Of a stretch of 64,000 bases of DNA, positions 30,824-41,009 are shown one piece after another. The notes under the pieces were generated by a model. That model was given only the letters and a program-made list of their open reading frames with translations. It was not told the DNA's origin and did no database searches. This DNA is from Flavobacteriales bacterium (GTDB lineage: Bacteria; Bacteroidota; Bacteroidia; M30B66): positions 27,151 through 91,150 of the forward strand of contig JBKBKN010000010.1 in assembly GCA_046294625.1 (NCBI GenBank), given 5' to 3'. The translations under genes were made by a program, and so were the position numbers. Each line of letters begins with the position of its first letter. The first letter of the stretch is position 1.

Positions 30824-32746
30824 TTACATAAAAGCGTTATACAGTAAAATGGCGATGATACCAATGATCATCATAAAAAGATAAAATCCAACATTTCCGG
30901 TTTGAACAAATCTCAAAACTCGCCCCCCCATAATACTGATTGTACCAGTTTTGTTGACCAATGCATCAACAATGCCTTGATCCACATATTTATGAATCAA
31001 CCTTGACATTCTATTTATAGGTTTGCCGATGATAGCTTCATAAATTTCATCTACGTAATATTTATTAGCAATCAATCGGGTAAAAAAGCTGCTCTCTGAT
31101 AAATCATCTGAAGGTACATGTTCATTTTGAGCATAGCGCAGGCGTGCGTAAAAGATTACTAAAAGTACTGCAATCACAGAAACAGCCATAAGGATATACT
31201 CCAAAGTGTGACTCAAGTGTTCATGACTAAGCCCATTCACTGCTGCAATAGTATTACTTCTTGAAAGCAGCGGTTCAAAGAAAGCATCTAATCTGTTGCC
31301 GCCATGCAGGATAGCTTCAGGCACATTGATAAAACCTACCACAACTGAGCATACTGCCAAAAATACCAGTGGAAAAGTCATACTGATGGGGGATTCATGT
31401 AAATGCGATTTTTGCTCAGCTGAACCTCGGAATGTTCCATGAAAGGTCAGGTAGAACAAACGGAACATGTAAAATGCAGTGAGTAATGCACCAGCCACAC
31501 CGGCTATCCAGAGCACGGGATTGTGTGCAAATGCTGAAGCAAGTATCTGATCTTTGGAAAAAAATCCTGCTAAAGGCGGAATTCCGGCGATAGCCACAGT
31601 GCCAACTAAAAATGTCCAGTAAGTAACCGGTAACTTGTCTTTTAGCCCACCCATTTTTCTGATATCTTGCTCTCCACCCATAGCGTGAATCACACTACCT
31701 GAACCAAGGAATAATAATGCTTTAAAAAAGGCATGAGTGAAAAGATGAAAGAATGCAGCTGTGTACGCACCAAGACCAAGCGCGAAAAACATGTAGCCCA
31801 ACTGAGACACCGTTGAATAAGCTAGTACCTTTTTAATATCGTTTTGTTTCAGACCAATAGTGGCTGCAAATATAGCTGTGAATAAACCAATAGCCAGAAT
31901 AATAGATTGTGTAACTGGAGAAATGGTGTAGAGCACGTTTGAACGCACCACCAGATAAATACCTGCTGTTACCATCGTAGCAGCGTGGATTAAGGCCGAA
32001 ACAGGTGTAGGGCCCGCCATTGCATCCGGAAGCCAAGTAAATAATGGGATTTGCGCACTTTTGCCAATAGCGCCAATGAAAAGCAAAATCGTAGCAGCTA
32101 TGATGAGAGGATCATTGATGGATATTTCGGCAGCTTGTCTTGCAACATGCACATACTCTAAGGTGTTGAAGCGCATGAATAGCAAGAAGATTCCCAATAA
32201 CAAACCAAGGTCACCAATACGATTCATTACAAAGGCTTTTGTTGCAGCTTTATTATATTCCGTGTTCTTATACCAGAATCCAATGAGCAGATAGGAACAT
32301 AGACCTACACCTTCCCAACCAATAAAGAGCATCAAATAATTGCTGCCCATTACCAGCATTAGCATGAAAAAGATGAACAGATTCAGATAAGAAAAAAATC
32401 GATGAAATCCCGGGTCGTCATGCATGTATCCCGCAGAGTAAACATGGATTAAAAAACCTACACCTGTCACCACCAGCATCATCAAAAGCGATAGCTGATC
32501 AAGTTGAATGCTGTAATTAATATTTAAGGTGCCAACAGAGAACCATTCCATTAAAATTTTGCGATAAGGCTCACCGTTTCCACCCAGAAAATTGATAAAG
32601 AGTAATAAGCTCAAGATGAAGGGGATAAAAATCAGCGTAGAAGACACTAAGCCAACGAGTCCTTTGCCCATTTTCTTCCCGAAAAATGTGTTGATCAGGA
32701 AGCCAAGTAAAGGAAGAAGAAAAATAAATGCTGCGTATTGTTCCAT
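30824..32746 (-). CDS. nuoL: NADH-quinone oxidoreductase subunit L
   Basis: GWEGVGLCSYLLIGFW, KSAQIPLFTWLPDAMAGPTPVSALIHAATMV motifs. Confidence 0.97.
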   Translation of the reverse strand: MEQYAAFIFLLPLLGFLINTFFGKKMGKGLVGLVSSTLIFIPFILSLLLFINFLGGNGEPYRKILMEWFSVGTLNINYSIQLDQLSLLMMLVVTGVGFLIHVYSAGYMHDDPGFHRFFSYLNLFIFFMLMLVMGSNYLMLFIGWEGVGLCSYLLIGFWYKNTEYNKAATKAFVMNRIGDLGLLLGIFLLFMRFNTLEYVHVARQAAEISINDPLIIAATILLFIGAIGKSAQIPLFTWLPDAMAGPTPVSALIHAATMVTAGIYLVVRSNVLYTISPVTQSIILAIGLFTAIFAATIGLKQNDIKKVLAYSTVSQLGYMFFALGLGAYTAAFFHLFTHAFFKALLFLGSGSVIHAMGGEQDIRKMGGLKDKLPVTYWTFLVGTVAIAGIPPLAGFFSKDQILASAFAHNPVLWIAGVAGALLTAFYMFRLFYLTFHGTFRGSAEQKSHLHESPISMTFPLVFLAVCSVVVGFINVPEAILHGGNRLDAFFEPLLSRSNTIAAVNGLSHEHLSHTLEYILMAVSVIAVLLVIFYARLRYAQNEHVPSDDLSESSFFTRLIANKYYVDEIYEAIIGKPINRMSRLIHKYVDQGIVDALVNKTGTISIMGGRVLRFVQTGNVGFYLFMMIIGIIAILLYNAFM

Positions 32747-32765
32747 GTTTATCTGCTTCCTTTGA

Positions 32766-33095
32766 TTACCATTTAAGATTTTTCAAAATATTGATATCTG
32801 TTGACCGAACATTGCGGTAGATCATCACCAGAATGGCGAGTCCCACTGCGACTTCAGCTGCTGCCACTACCATGATAAAGAATACAAACACCTGACCGGA
32901 AAGATTGCCATGATGCGCCGCGAAAGCTGCAAGAAGAAGGTTCACAGCATTTAGCATCAACTCAATGCACATAAAGATGACAATGAAGTTTCTGCGAAGA
33001 AGAACACCCATCACACCTATGCTGAACAACACTGTGCTCAAGAATATGTAATGACTGATGTTGATATTATCAAAGGATGATAAAAGATTTTCCAT
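32766..33095 (-). CDS. nuoK: NADH-quinone oxidoreductase subunit K
   Basis: [21 protein letters not shown] motifs. Confidence 0.96.
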   Translation of the reverse strand: MENLLSSFDNINISHYIFLSTVLFSIGVMGVLLRRNFIVIFMCIELMLNAVNLLLAAFAAHHGNLSGQVFVFFIMVVAAAEVAVGLAILVMIYRNVRSTDINILKNLKW

Positions 33096-33101
33096 GCCCG
33101 A

Positions 33102-33602
33102 TTAATCGTTTTGATGTTTTTTAGCAAGAATTACTGCCCCAACCATTGCTGAAATGAGCAATACAGAAGCTACTTCAAAGGGTAAAAGAAATTCTGTAAA
33201 TAATACTTGACCAATTGCTTTAACGGTACCAAACTCGTCACCCAATTGTGCTGCCGGTCCTTGCAATTCGAAGCTTTGCGATGATGCTGCGATCAGAATC
33301 ATAATTAAGCTTCCTGAAAATATGGCAGCAGCCTTGAACAGATTACTTTTCTGTGGTTCCGACTCCTTATTCAGGTTAAGCAACATGATCACAAAGAGAA
33401 ATAGTACCATGATTGCTCCCGCATACACGATGAGGTTTACCGCAGCAAGAAAATGTGCTTGCAGCAGAATGTAGTGCCCAGTAATGGAGAAAAAACACAA
33501 CACAAGGTACAGCACGCTGTAAACCGGATTGCGCGAAAACACAACCAATAGTGCGGAAGAAATAGTGAGTAGGGCGAGAATTAAAAAAGCTAAAGACGAC
33601 AT
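33102..33602 (-). CDS. nuoJ: NADH-quinone oxidoreductase subunit J
   Basis: VYAGAIMVLFLFVIMLL, PFEVASVLL motifs. Confidence 0.96.
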   Translation of the reverse strand: MSSLAFLILALLTISSALLVVFSRNPVYSVLYLVLCFFSITGHYILLQAHFLAAVNLIVYAGAIMVLFLFVIMLLNLNKESEPQKSNLFKAAAIFSGSLIMILIAASSQSFELQGPAAQLGDEFGTVKAIGQVLFTEFLLPFEVASVLLISAMVGAVILAKKHQND

Positions 33603-33610
33603 TCGGGGTG

Positions 33611-33639
33611 CGAAAATAAACTATTTTGGATTAAACAAA
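33611..33639 (-). promoter_or_regulatory. Possible internal promoter for nuoJKLMN
   Basis: TTTG, 17 nt, TATTTTCG on the - strand within the 50-bp nuoI-nuoJ gap. Confidence 0.45.
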
Positions 33640-33652
33640 GATGGAATAACAC

Positions 33653-34177
33653 TTAACGATCCTGACGCTTTGAAACATCTATACGGTTGTCAATCTTTTC
33701 CACCAATCTGTCTTTTCCGTAAATGAAGTCTTCGCGTTCATAATTTGCGGGTGTAATTTCTTTAGTGAGAAAAATCGCTTCCTTAGGGCAGGCTTCTTCG
33801 CACAATCCACAGAAAATACACCTCAGCATATTGATTTCGTAAACCTCAGCATATTTCTCTTCTCTGTAGAGCTTTTCTTCTCCTGGTTTTCTTTCGGCTG
33901 CCACCATGGTGATAGCTTCTGCCGGACACGCAACTGCACAAAGACCGCAGGCGGTACATCTTTCAGCACCGTTCTCGTCTCTTTTTAGCACATGTTTACC
34001 ACGATACACTTCGCTAAATTCACGCTGAACTTCAGGATAGCGAACCGTTGCAGGCTTGCGAAAGAAATGCTTCATAGTAGTGCCAAGTCCTTTTACTACC
34101 GCAGGCAGATAAAGGCTCTCAGAAAAGGTCATTTCCTTATTGGATACTACTTTCGATCTATTAGTCAATGGCTTCAT
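33653..34177 (-). CDS. nuoI: NADH-quinone oxidoreductase subunit I
   Basis: CTACGLCAVACP and CIFCGLCEEACP. Confidence 0.97.
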   Translation of the reverse strand: MKPLTNRSKVVSNKEMTFSESLYLPAVVKGLGTTMKHFFRKPATVRYPEVQREFSEVYRGKHVLKRDENGAERCTACGLCAVACPAEAITMVAAERKPGEEKLYREEKYAEVYEINMLRCIFCGLCEEACPKEAIFLTKEITPANYEREDFIYGKDRLVEKIDNRIDVSKRQDR

Positions 34178-34187
34178 AAGTCAGTGA

Positions 34188-35234
34188 TTATTGCATTAAT
34201 AAAATAATGAATCCTGTGAGCAGTACGTGTGCAATTGCTAGTGGTAGCATCATTTGCCAACCAAGACGCATCAGCTGATCGTAGCGGAAGCGTGGCAATG
34301 TCCAACGAACCCACATAAACAGGAAGATAAAAGCAAATATTTTAATGAAGAATACAAACACTCCGATAATGGTAATAGCGTTTTGCGAAAGTCCAAGCTG
34401 ATACATGAACGGGAAGTTGAAACCTCCAAAATATAAGGTAGCCATGAAAGCTGAAGACACGAACATGTTGATATATTCTGCAAACATGAAGAATCCAAGC
34501 TTCATTGAGCTGTATTCCGTGTGATAACCTCCTACCAATTCGGTTTCACATTCCGGCAAATCGAAGGGGGTACGGTTGCATTCTGCAAAGGCGCAAACAA
34601 GAAAAATTAAAAATCCGATAGGCTGATAAAATACATTCCAATGAAATCCGCTAATGCCAAATAAACCTTCGCCTTGTTGTTCAACAATGGTTCTGAGGCT
34701 TAAAGTCTCTGTCATCATGATGAGTGCAATAAGCGATAAACCCATTGCAAGCTCGTAGCTAATCATTTGAGAAGAAGCGCGAATGGCTCCTAGGAGTGAA
34801 TATTTGTTGTTCGAAGCCCAGCCACCAATCATAATTCCATATACGCCTAAAGAAACAATAGCAAAAACATACAAGATACCGATATCTAGGTCAGCAACTT
34901 GAAGCACTACTTCGCGGCCACCGATAATCAAGGTATCTCCCCAAGGAATAACCACACTGGTGATGCATGCCGTGAACATGGCTATACCGGGCGCAATAAT
35001 GAATAAAAAGCGATTAGCGTCATTAGGGATGATTTCTTCCTTGAAAAAGAATTTACCAGCATCAGCCAATGGCTGCAATATTCCAAACGGACCGGCACGA
35101 TCCGGACCAACACGATCCTGAAGAAATGCAGCCACTTTACGCTCAGCATAAGTGCTGTAAGTAGCGATAAGCAGCGTGATGGCAAAAGCCACTAACACGA
35201 TAATACTTTTCTCTGTTAGCAATAGTAAATCCAT
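34188..35234 (-). CDS. nuoH: NADH-quinone oxidoreductase subunit H
   Basis: ERKVAAFLQDRVGP, NRTPFDLPE, LPRFRYDQLM motifs. Confidence 0.97.
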   Translation of the reverse strand: MDLLLLTEKSIIVLVAFAITLLIATYSTYAERKVAAFLQDRVGPDRAGPFGILQPLADAGKFFFKEEIIPNDANRFLFIIAPGIAMFTACITSVVIPWGDTLIIGGREVVLQVADLDIGILYVFAIVSLGVYGIMIGGWASNNKYSLLGAIRASSQMISYELAMGLSLIALIMMTETLSLRTIVEQQGEGLFGISGFHWNVFYQPIGFLIFLVCAFAECNRTPFDLPECETELVGGYHTEYSSMKLGFFMFAEYINMFVSSAFMATLYFGGFNFPFMYQLGLSQNAITIIGVFVFFIKIFAFIFLFMWVRWTLPRFRYDQLMRLGWQMMLPLAIAHVLLTGFIILLMQ

Positions 35235-36214
35235 CAGTTCAGCTGTTTTTTGAGTTTAGGTAAAGATTCTGGTGAAGCCACAAACTTTGTTCCTTTCGCA
35301 TAATGATTCTGAGAAATTACGGAATGTGGACTTATTTTTCTTGGCCCTTCTTCTACCCAATCACTAGGGTTCTTTTTGTCAAATCTGCAAGTATTGCAGA
35401 TCCAGTCTTCTACTTCGCCCCACTGATCCTTGCGACCCGTCACACGAAGAATTTCACTTCCATATTTCCAAATCACCGCTTTGCCGGCGCAGGTATCACA
35501 ATCGCGGTGTGCATCGATAGGTTTCACAAACCATACACGGCTCTTAAAGCGGAATGTCTTATCGGTCAAGGCGCCAACAGGGCACACATCAATCATATTG
35601 CCCGAAAATTCATTTTCTACGGCGTTTTGAATATAGGTGCTGATTTCGGCAACATCACCGCGGTTAATCACCCCGTGCACACGACCCGGAGTAAGCTGAT
35701 CGGCTACTTTCACACAACGGTAGCATAAAATACAGCGTGTCATGTGAAGTTTAATCTTATCTCCGATATCAATTTTTTCGAAAGTGCGTCTTTCAAATTC
35801 GTATCTTGATTTAGAAAGACCATTTTCGTAAGACAAATCCTGCAAGTGACATTCTCCGGCCTGATCGCAGACAGGGCAATCGAGCGGATGATTGATGAGT
35901 AAAAACTCTACTACCCCTTTTCGTGCATCTACTACTTCTTCCGATGTGTAGTTCACCACTTCCATGCCATCCATAACTTGTGTGCGGCATGATGCGACTA
36001 ACTTTGGCATAGGGCGCGGATCTTTTTCCGATCCTTTCGTCACTTTCACAATGCAGGTGCGGCAGTATCCACCAGATGTTTCCAGCTTTGAATAATAGCA
36101 CATGGCAGGTGGCGCCACATCAGGTCCAATCATTCTGGCAGCTTGCAGAATGGTGGTTCCCGGCGGGACTTCTATGGTTTTACCATCAATGGTAACTTTT
36201 AACAAATCGCTCAT
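35234..36214 (-). CDS. nuoG: NADH-quinone oxidoreductase subunit G, short form (Fe-S domains only)
   Basis: 2Fe-2S CYY...CRTC...SC; NHPLDCPVCDQAGEC; CILCYRC...CPVGAL; 326 aa. Confidence 0.93.
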   Translation of the reverse strand: MSDLLKVTIDGKTIEVPPGTTILQAARMIGPDVAPPAMCYYSKLETSGGYCRTCIVKVTKGSEKDPRPMPKLVASCRTQVMDGMEVVNYTSEEVVDARKGVVEFLLINHPLDCPVCDQAGECHLQDLSYENGLSKSRYEFERRTFEKIDIGDKIKLHMTRCILCYRCVKVADQLTPGRVHGVINRGDVAEISTYIQNAVENEFSGNMIDVCPVGALTDKTFRFKSRVWFVKPIDAHRDCDTCAGKAVIWKYGSEILRVTGRKDQWGEVEDWICNTCRFDKKNPSDWVEEGPRKISPHSVISQNHYAKGTKFVASPESLPKLKKQLN

Positions 36215-36232
36215 AATCCTTTGGTTATATGA

Positions 36233-37588
36233 TTACACAGTTAATGAAACCGGCATGATGGGTTCCTTGTAGCCGTGTTTTGGATCTTTTACTTTTTCAG
36301 GGTGTAATACATGGTATTCAAACTCGTGACGAAAGTGACGAATGGCAGCAGCCACAGGCCATGCCGCAGCATCTCCCAATGGACAAATGGTGTTTCCTTC
36401 AATCCGTTTAGCCACATCAACCAACAGATCGATATCTTCCATCTTGCCATGACCATGTTCCATACGGTGTAATACTTTTTCGAGCCAGCCCGTACCTTCG
36501 CGACAAGGACTGCACTGTCCGCAGCTCTCATGATGATAAAAGCGTGCAAAGGTGTAGGTATTTTTTACGATGCATTGATTTTCATCATACACAATAAATC
36601 CACCCGAACCCAACATGGAGCCGCTCACAAATCCTCCATCAGCCAAAGATTCATACGTCATCAGTCGTTTTTCTCCATTGACTGTTGTAAGTAGTAAATC
36701 GGCAGGAAGGATAGGAACGGAAGAGCCACCCGGAACACACGCTTTTAGGCGCTTTCCATTGGCAATTCCTCCACAATATTCATCAGAATAGATAAACTCT
36801 TCGACCGAAACACCTAGTTCAATTTCATAAACGCCTGGCTTTTTTATGTTTCCGCAAGCAGAAATTAATTTGGTTCCGGTGCTTCGACCAATTCCGATTT
36901 TGGCATACTCATCGCCACCATTGTTCACAATCCAAGGCACAGCTGCAATGGTTTCCACATTGTTTACCACTGTTGGGCAGCCATACAATCCATAAATCGC
37001 AGGGAAAGGCGGTTTAATGCGTGGATTACCACGTTTACCTTCTAGTGACTCGAGCAGAGCAGTTTCTTCTCCGCAGATGTAAGCACCAGCTCCGGTTTGA
37101 ACATACATTTCTAAGTCATAACCGGTGCCTAATATATTTTTACCTAAGAAACCATTGGCTTTGGCTTCAGCTATGGCTTGTTCCAGAATTCCTATGATCC
37201 ATTTATATTCTCCCCTGATATAAATATAACTCAGATTAGCTCCTAAAGCAAAACTGGAAGTTATCATTCCTTCGATGAGCAAATGCGGAATAAATTCCAT
37301 CAGGTAACGATCCTTGAAGGTTCCCGGCTCCGATTCATCGGCATTGCAAACCAGATATTTTGGTTTGGGGCTTTTTTTGTCCAGAAAGCTCCACTTCATT
37401 CCGGTGGGAAACCCTGCGCCTCCACGACCACGAAGACCAGATTTTTTCACTTCTTCCACCACTTCGTCAGGAGTCATTTTCTTCAATGCCTTTTCCACCG
37501 AAGCATACCCGCCATGTTTTCTGTAGGCTTCAAAATGCTTGATGCCTTCTACGTTAATGTGTTCTAATAATAATTTTCTTCCTGCCAT
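36233..37588 (-). CDS. nuoF: NADH-quinone oxidoreductase subunit F
   Basis: GLRGRGGAGFPTG, NADESEPG, GAYICGEET, ESCGQCSPCREG motifs. Confidence 0.98.
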   Translation of the reverse strand: MAGRKLLLEHINVEGIKHFEAYRKHGGYASVEKALKKMTPDEVVEEVKKSGLRGRGGAGFPTGMKWSFLDKKSPKPKYLVCNADESEPGTFKDRYLMEFIPHLLIEGMITSSFALGANLSYIYIRGEYKWIIGILEQAIAEAKANGFLGKNILGTGYDLEMYVQTGAGAYICGEETALLESLEGKRGNPRIKPPFPAIYGLYGCPTVVNNVETIAAVPWIVNNGGDEYAKIGIGRSTGTKLISACGNIKKPGVYEIELGVSVEEFIYSDEYCGGIANGKRLKACVPGGSSVPILPADLLLTTVNGEKRLMTYESLADGGFVSGSMLGSGGFIVYDENQCIVKNTYTFARFYHHESCGQCSPCREGTGWLEKVLHRMEHGHGKMEDIDLLVDVAKRIEGNTICPLGDAAAWPVAAAIRHFRHEFEYHVLHPEKVKDPKHGYKEPIMPVSLTV

Positions 37589-37590
37589 AA

Positions 37591-38103
37591 TCAATTGCTA
37601 TGTTGTGCCCTAAGATTTTGGAGCAGTTGATCAATTTTTTCTTCTGAATCCAGAAATTCATGGTAGCGCTCACCCACCTGAAGCATTGGCGCATAACCAC
37701 ATGCTCCAAGACATTCTACCGTTTTTAAGGTAAACATGCCATCGCTCGTGGTTTGGCCTACTTTAATATTTAATTTCTTTTCAATGGTTTCAATCAAATC
37801 ATCAGCGCCTTTGGTGCAGCATGGACCTGTCTGACAAACTTCAAGTAACACCTTTCCTACGGGCTTCAGGTTATACATGGTGTAGAACGATGCCACTTCA
37901 TACACTTCAATGGGTTGAATATTGAGCAATGATGCCACATAGTCCATGGTTTCCACGCTCAGCCAGCCGCCAAATTCGTCTTGTGCCAGATGAAGCAATG
38001 GAAGCAAAGCCGATTTATGTCGGCCTTCAGGATAACGGCTAATGATTTCCTGAACTTTTTTCAGTTTCTCTTCCGAGAATTTTATGGTTGTTGTATTTTC
38101 CAT
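37591..38103 (-). CDS. nuoE: NADH-quinone oxidoreductase subunit E
   Basis: EVASFYTMY, CQTGPC, ECLGACGYAP motifs. Confidence 0.96.
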   Translation of the reverse strand: MENTTTIKFSEEKLKKVQEIISRYPEGRHKSALLPLLHLAQDEFGGWLSVETMDYVASLLNIQPIEVYEVASFYTMYNLKPVGKVLLEVCQTGPCCTKGADDLIETIEKKLNIKVGQTTSDGMFTLKTVECLGACGYAPMLQVGERYHEFLDSEEKIDQLLQNLRAQHSN

Positions 38104-38106
38104 CGT

Positions 38107-39312
38107 TTAAGCGTCTAATTCACCTGCTATCACATTTAAACTACTCATGGTGATGATGGCATCGGAGAGCATCTGTCCTGTGATCATTTCAGGATAAGCC
38201 TGATAATAAATGAAACATGGTCTGCGGAAGTGCAAGCGATATGGTGCGCGTCCACCATCAGATATCAAATAATATCCCAATTCGCCATTGGCACCTTCAA
38301 CAGAAAAATATACTTCGCCGGCTGGCAAATCCACTTCACCCATCACGATTTTGAAATGCCAGATGAGCGCTTCCATGCTATTGTATACTTCATTTTTAGG
38401 AGGAAGATAAAACTCCGGGCAATCTGCATAATGTTTGCCATCAGGCATGTTATTGTATGCTTCATTGATGATTTTCAAGCTCTGACGAATCTCCTCCTGA
38501 CGCACGCAGAAACGATCGTAGGTGTCGCCAGATGTTCCCACAGGAACAATAAAATCAAAATCTTCATAAGAACAATAAGGATTCATCACCCGCACATCAT
38601 AATCCACTCCTGCTGCACGAAGATTAGGGCCGGTAAAACTATAGCTCAACGCACGCTCAGCAGTGATATGACCAACATCGATACAACGATCCATAAAGAT
38701 ACGGTTGCGATGTAACATGCTGTTAAATTCTTCAAATCGCGCCGGAAATTCCTTTAAAAAGGCTTTTAGCTTATCGTGTGCTTTCGGTGTGAAATCGCGC
38801 TCGAAACCGCCAATGCGTCCAATATTAGTTGTTAATCTTGAACCGCAAATTTCTTCGTAAATTTCATAGATTTTTTCCCGCTCTTGAAACATGTAAGTGA
38901 AACCGGTCAATGCTCCGGTGTCGACGCCAAGCACCGAATTGCAAATCAAATGATCGGCTATGCGCGCTAATTCCATCAGGATAATGCGCATATAATCCAC
39001 TTTTTTGGGAGTTTCCACACCGATCAATTTTTCTACCGTCAGGTGCCATCCAATGTTATTAATCGGCGATGAACAATAATTAAGGCGATCAGTGATGGGC
39101 GTTACCTGATAAAAGGGGCGATGCTCAGCCAGTTTCTCAAATGCCCGGTGAATGTATCCTATGGTAGGCTCTGCCGAAACAATAGTTTCTCCATCCATTT
39201 TCAGAATATTCTGAAATACACCATGCGTAGCGGGGTGTGTGGGTCCTAGGTTGAGTGTATTATATTGTTTCTCTTCCGGCTTTACGTTTTCTTCGCTGAA
39301 TATTGATTCCAT
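38107..39312 (-). CDS. nuoD: NADH-quinone oxidoreductase subunit D
   Basis: NLGPTHPATHG, GYIHRAFEK, C-terminal GELDA. Confidence 0.96.
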   Translation of the reverse strand: MESIFSEENVKPEEKQYNTLNLGPTHPATHGVFQNILKMDGETIVSAEPTIGYIHRAFEKLAEHRPFYQVTPITDRLNYCSSPINNIGWHLTVEKLIGVETPKKVDYMRIILMELARIADHLICNSVLGVDTGALTGFTYMFQEREKIYEIYEEICGSRLTTNIGRIGGFERDFTPKAHDKLKAFLKEFPARFEEFNSMLHRNRIFMDRCIDVGHITAERALSYSFTGPNLRAAGVDYDVRVMNPYCSYEDFDFIVPVGTSGDTYDRFCVRQEEIRQSLKIINEAYNNMPDGKHYADCPEFYLPPKNEVYNSMEALIWHFKIVMGEVDLPAGEVYFSVEGANGELGYYLISDGGRAPYRLHFRRPCFIYYQAYPEMITGQMLSDAIITMSSLNVIAGELDA

Positions 39313-39332
39313 TGTTCAGTCGTGTTTTTGTT

Positions 39333-39836
39333 TTATCTGCCAAAGAAGCGGTCGTCCTTATCGGTGCGACCTGAGTCTTCTAACGGATATTGTTTTAATA
39401 GAGGAAAAACTTCCATGTGATCTACATTCAGTATTCTTCTCAAATCAGGGTGCCCAGTGAAGCGAATACCAAAGAAATCGTAAGTCTCACGTTCCATCCA
39501 ATTGGCACCTGCATACAAAGATGTGATGCTGCTGATTTCAGTATTATTTTCCGGCATAAAAGCCTTCAGGCGCAGCCTAAAGTTGTTCACCAGGCTGTGC
39601 AGATGATACACCACGCCTACTTCTTTGTTTTTCTGTTCTGGAAAATGAACACCACAAAGGTCAGTTAAGAAAATAAAATCAAACTCCGGATGCTCTTTAA
39701 GAGCTTTGATAATCTCTACATTTTTTGCAGGTTTGATTTCAATGCTAAGTAAATTGTGCGGCGCTTCTACATTGAGAATTGCATCAGGAAATTTTTCCTG
39801 CAGAAAATTTATGATTTGTTCGTTGCTGATTGCCAT
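39333..39836 (-). CDS. nuoC: NADH-quinone oxidoreductase subunit C
   Basis: ANWMERETYDFFGIRFTGHPDLRRIL motif. Confidence 0.96.
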   Translation of the reverse strand: MAISNEQIINFLQEKFPDAILNVEAPHNLLSIEIKPAKNVEIIKALKEHPEFDFIFLTDLCGVHFPEQKNKEVGVVYHLHSLVNNFRLRLKAFMPENNTEISSITSLYAGANWMERETYDFFGIRFTGHPDLRRILNVDHMEVFPLLKQYPLEDSGRTDKDDRFFGR

Positions 39837-39838
39837 GA

Positions 39839-40381
39839 TTATTCGATTCCGTATGATTGAAGAAGCGCTTTATATTCTTCTGAATTTCGGCGGCGCAATG
39901 ACTCACTTTTCACTAAATCCTGAATGCGCATTACACCATCAAGTATTTGTTCAGGGCGTGGTGGGCAACCGGGCACATATACATCAACAGGAATTACCTT
40001 GTCAATTCCTTGCAGCACGCTGTAAGTATCAAAAATACCCCCACTAGATGCACAAGCACCAACTGCAATCACCCATTTCGGTTCTGCCATTTGCTCATAA
40101 ACCTGACGGAGTACTGGAGCCATTTTTTTTGCAATCGTTCCCATCACCATTAACAAGTCAGCCTGACGGGGCGAGAAACTCATTCGTTCCATGCCAAATC
40201 GCGCCAAATCATAGTTGGCAGCCATAGTGGCCATAAATTCTATTCCACAGCATGATGTGGCAAAAGGCAAAGGCCAGATGCTATTTGCTCTAGCAAGTCC
40301 GATTACTTCATCCAGCTTGGTGGCGAAAAATCCCTGCCCTTCAAATCCATGGGGCGCGGTGGTTATCTTAACTTCACTCAT
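39839..40381 (-). CDS. nuoB: NADH-quinone oxidoreductase subunit B
   Basis: TSCCGIE, SPRQAD, GACASSGG, PGCPPRP motifs. Confidence 0.97.
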   Translation of the reverse strand: MSEVKITTAPHGFEGQGFFATKLDEVIGLARANSIWPLPFATSCCGIEFMATMAANYDLARFGMERMSFSPRQADLLMVMGTIAKKMAPVLRQVYEQMAEPKWVIAVGACASSGGIFDTYSVLQGIDKVIPVDVYVPGCPPRPEQILDGVMRIQDLVKSESLRRRNSEEYKALLQSYGIE

Positions 40382-40409
40382 AGTTCAATCCTCCGTGTTT
40401 AAGATGTTT

Positions 40410-40775
40410 TTATTCCCATTTAAAGGCTTTCTTTTTCCATAAATACAGAAAACCCATCAACAGAAAGCCTACAAAAACCAAGACTGCAAAAAAGCCTTCC
40501 ATACCCATAGCCCTGATGTTAGTGGCATATGGATAAAAGAAAATAACTTCCACATCAAACAATACGAAGAGTATTGCAATCAAGAAATACTTGATACTAA
40601 AAGGAAGTCTGGCATTTCCTACCGATTCAATACCGGACTCAAATGCTTGCAGCTTTACCTCAGATTTACGCTTAGGTCCGATAAGATGTGTAAGCACCAA
40701 TACAAGAACCACAAATCCAACAGCAACAATTACTTGAAGCAACAATGGCAGGTATTCTGAAGATGAAGTATTCAT
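40410..40775 (-). CDS. nuoA: NADH-quinone oxidoreductase subunit A
   Basis: FESG, YFLIAILFVLFDVE, WKKKAFKWE motifs. Confidence 0.96.
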   Translation of the reverse strand: MNTSSSEYLPLLLQVIVAVGFVVLVLVLTHLIGPKRKSEVKLQAFESGIESVGNARLPFSIKYFLIAILFVLFDVEVIFFYPYATNIRAMGMEGFFAVLVFVGFLLMGFLYLWKKKAFKWE

Positions 40776-40850
40776 TATGAAAGATTCAAATTTCGGTTGT
40801 TTAACAATATTTTAACTCATAAGGTTTTTAAAACCCTGTTAAAATTGCGG

Positions 40851-40858
40851 CAAATGTA
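40851..40858 (-). promoter_or_regulatory. nuo operon -7 promoter element
   Basis: TACATTTG on the - strand, 75 nt upstream of nuoA. Confidence 0.6.
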
Positions 40859-41009
40859 AAAGAATTTCGAAAATCAAAAAGGCAAAAAAAGCTAATCCCT
40901 TGATAGGCTGAAAAATTGATTACAACTTAAAGGTGAATGGTCAATTTTTTTCAACTACATTTTTCTAACATTATTTTTTTAGCTTCGCCAACGACAAACT
41001 ACTTATACT

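Noticed and set aside
27962-40775. Many short antisense and alternate-frame ORFs over the nuo operon and other genes
   Set aside because: Fully overlap conserved genes and have no recognisable motifs
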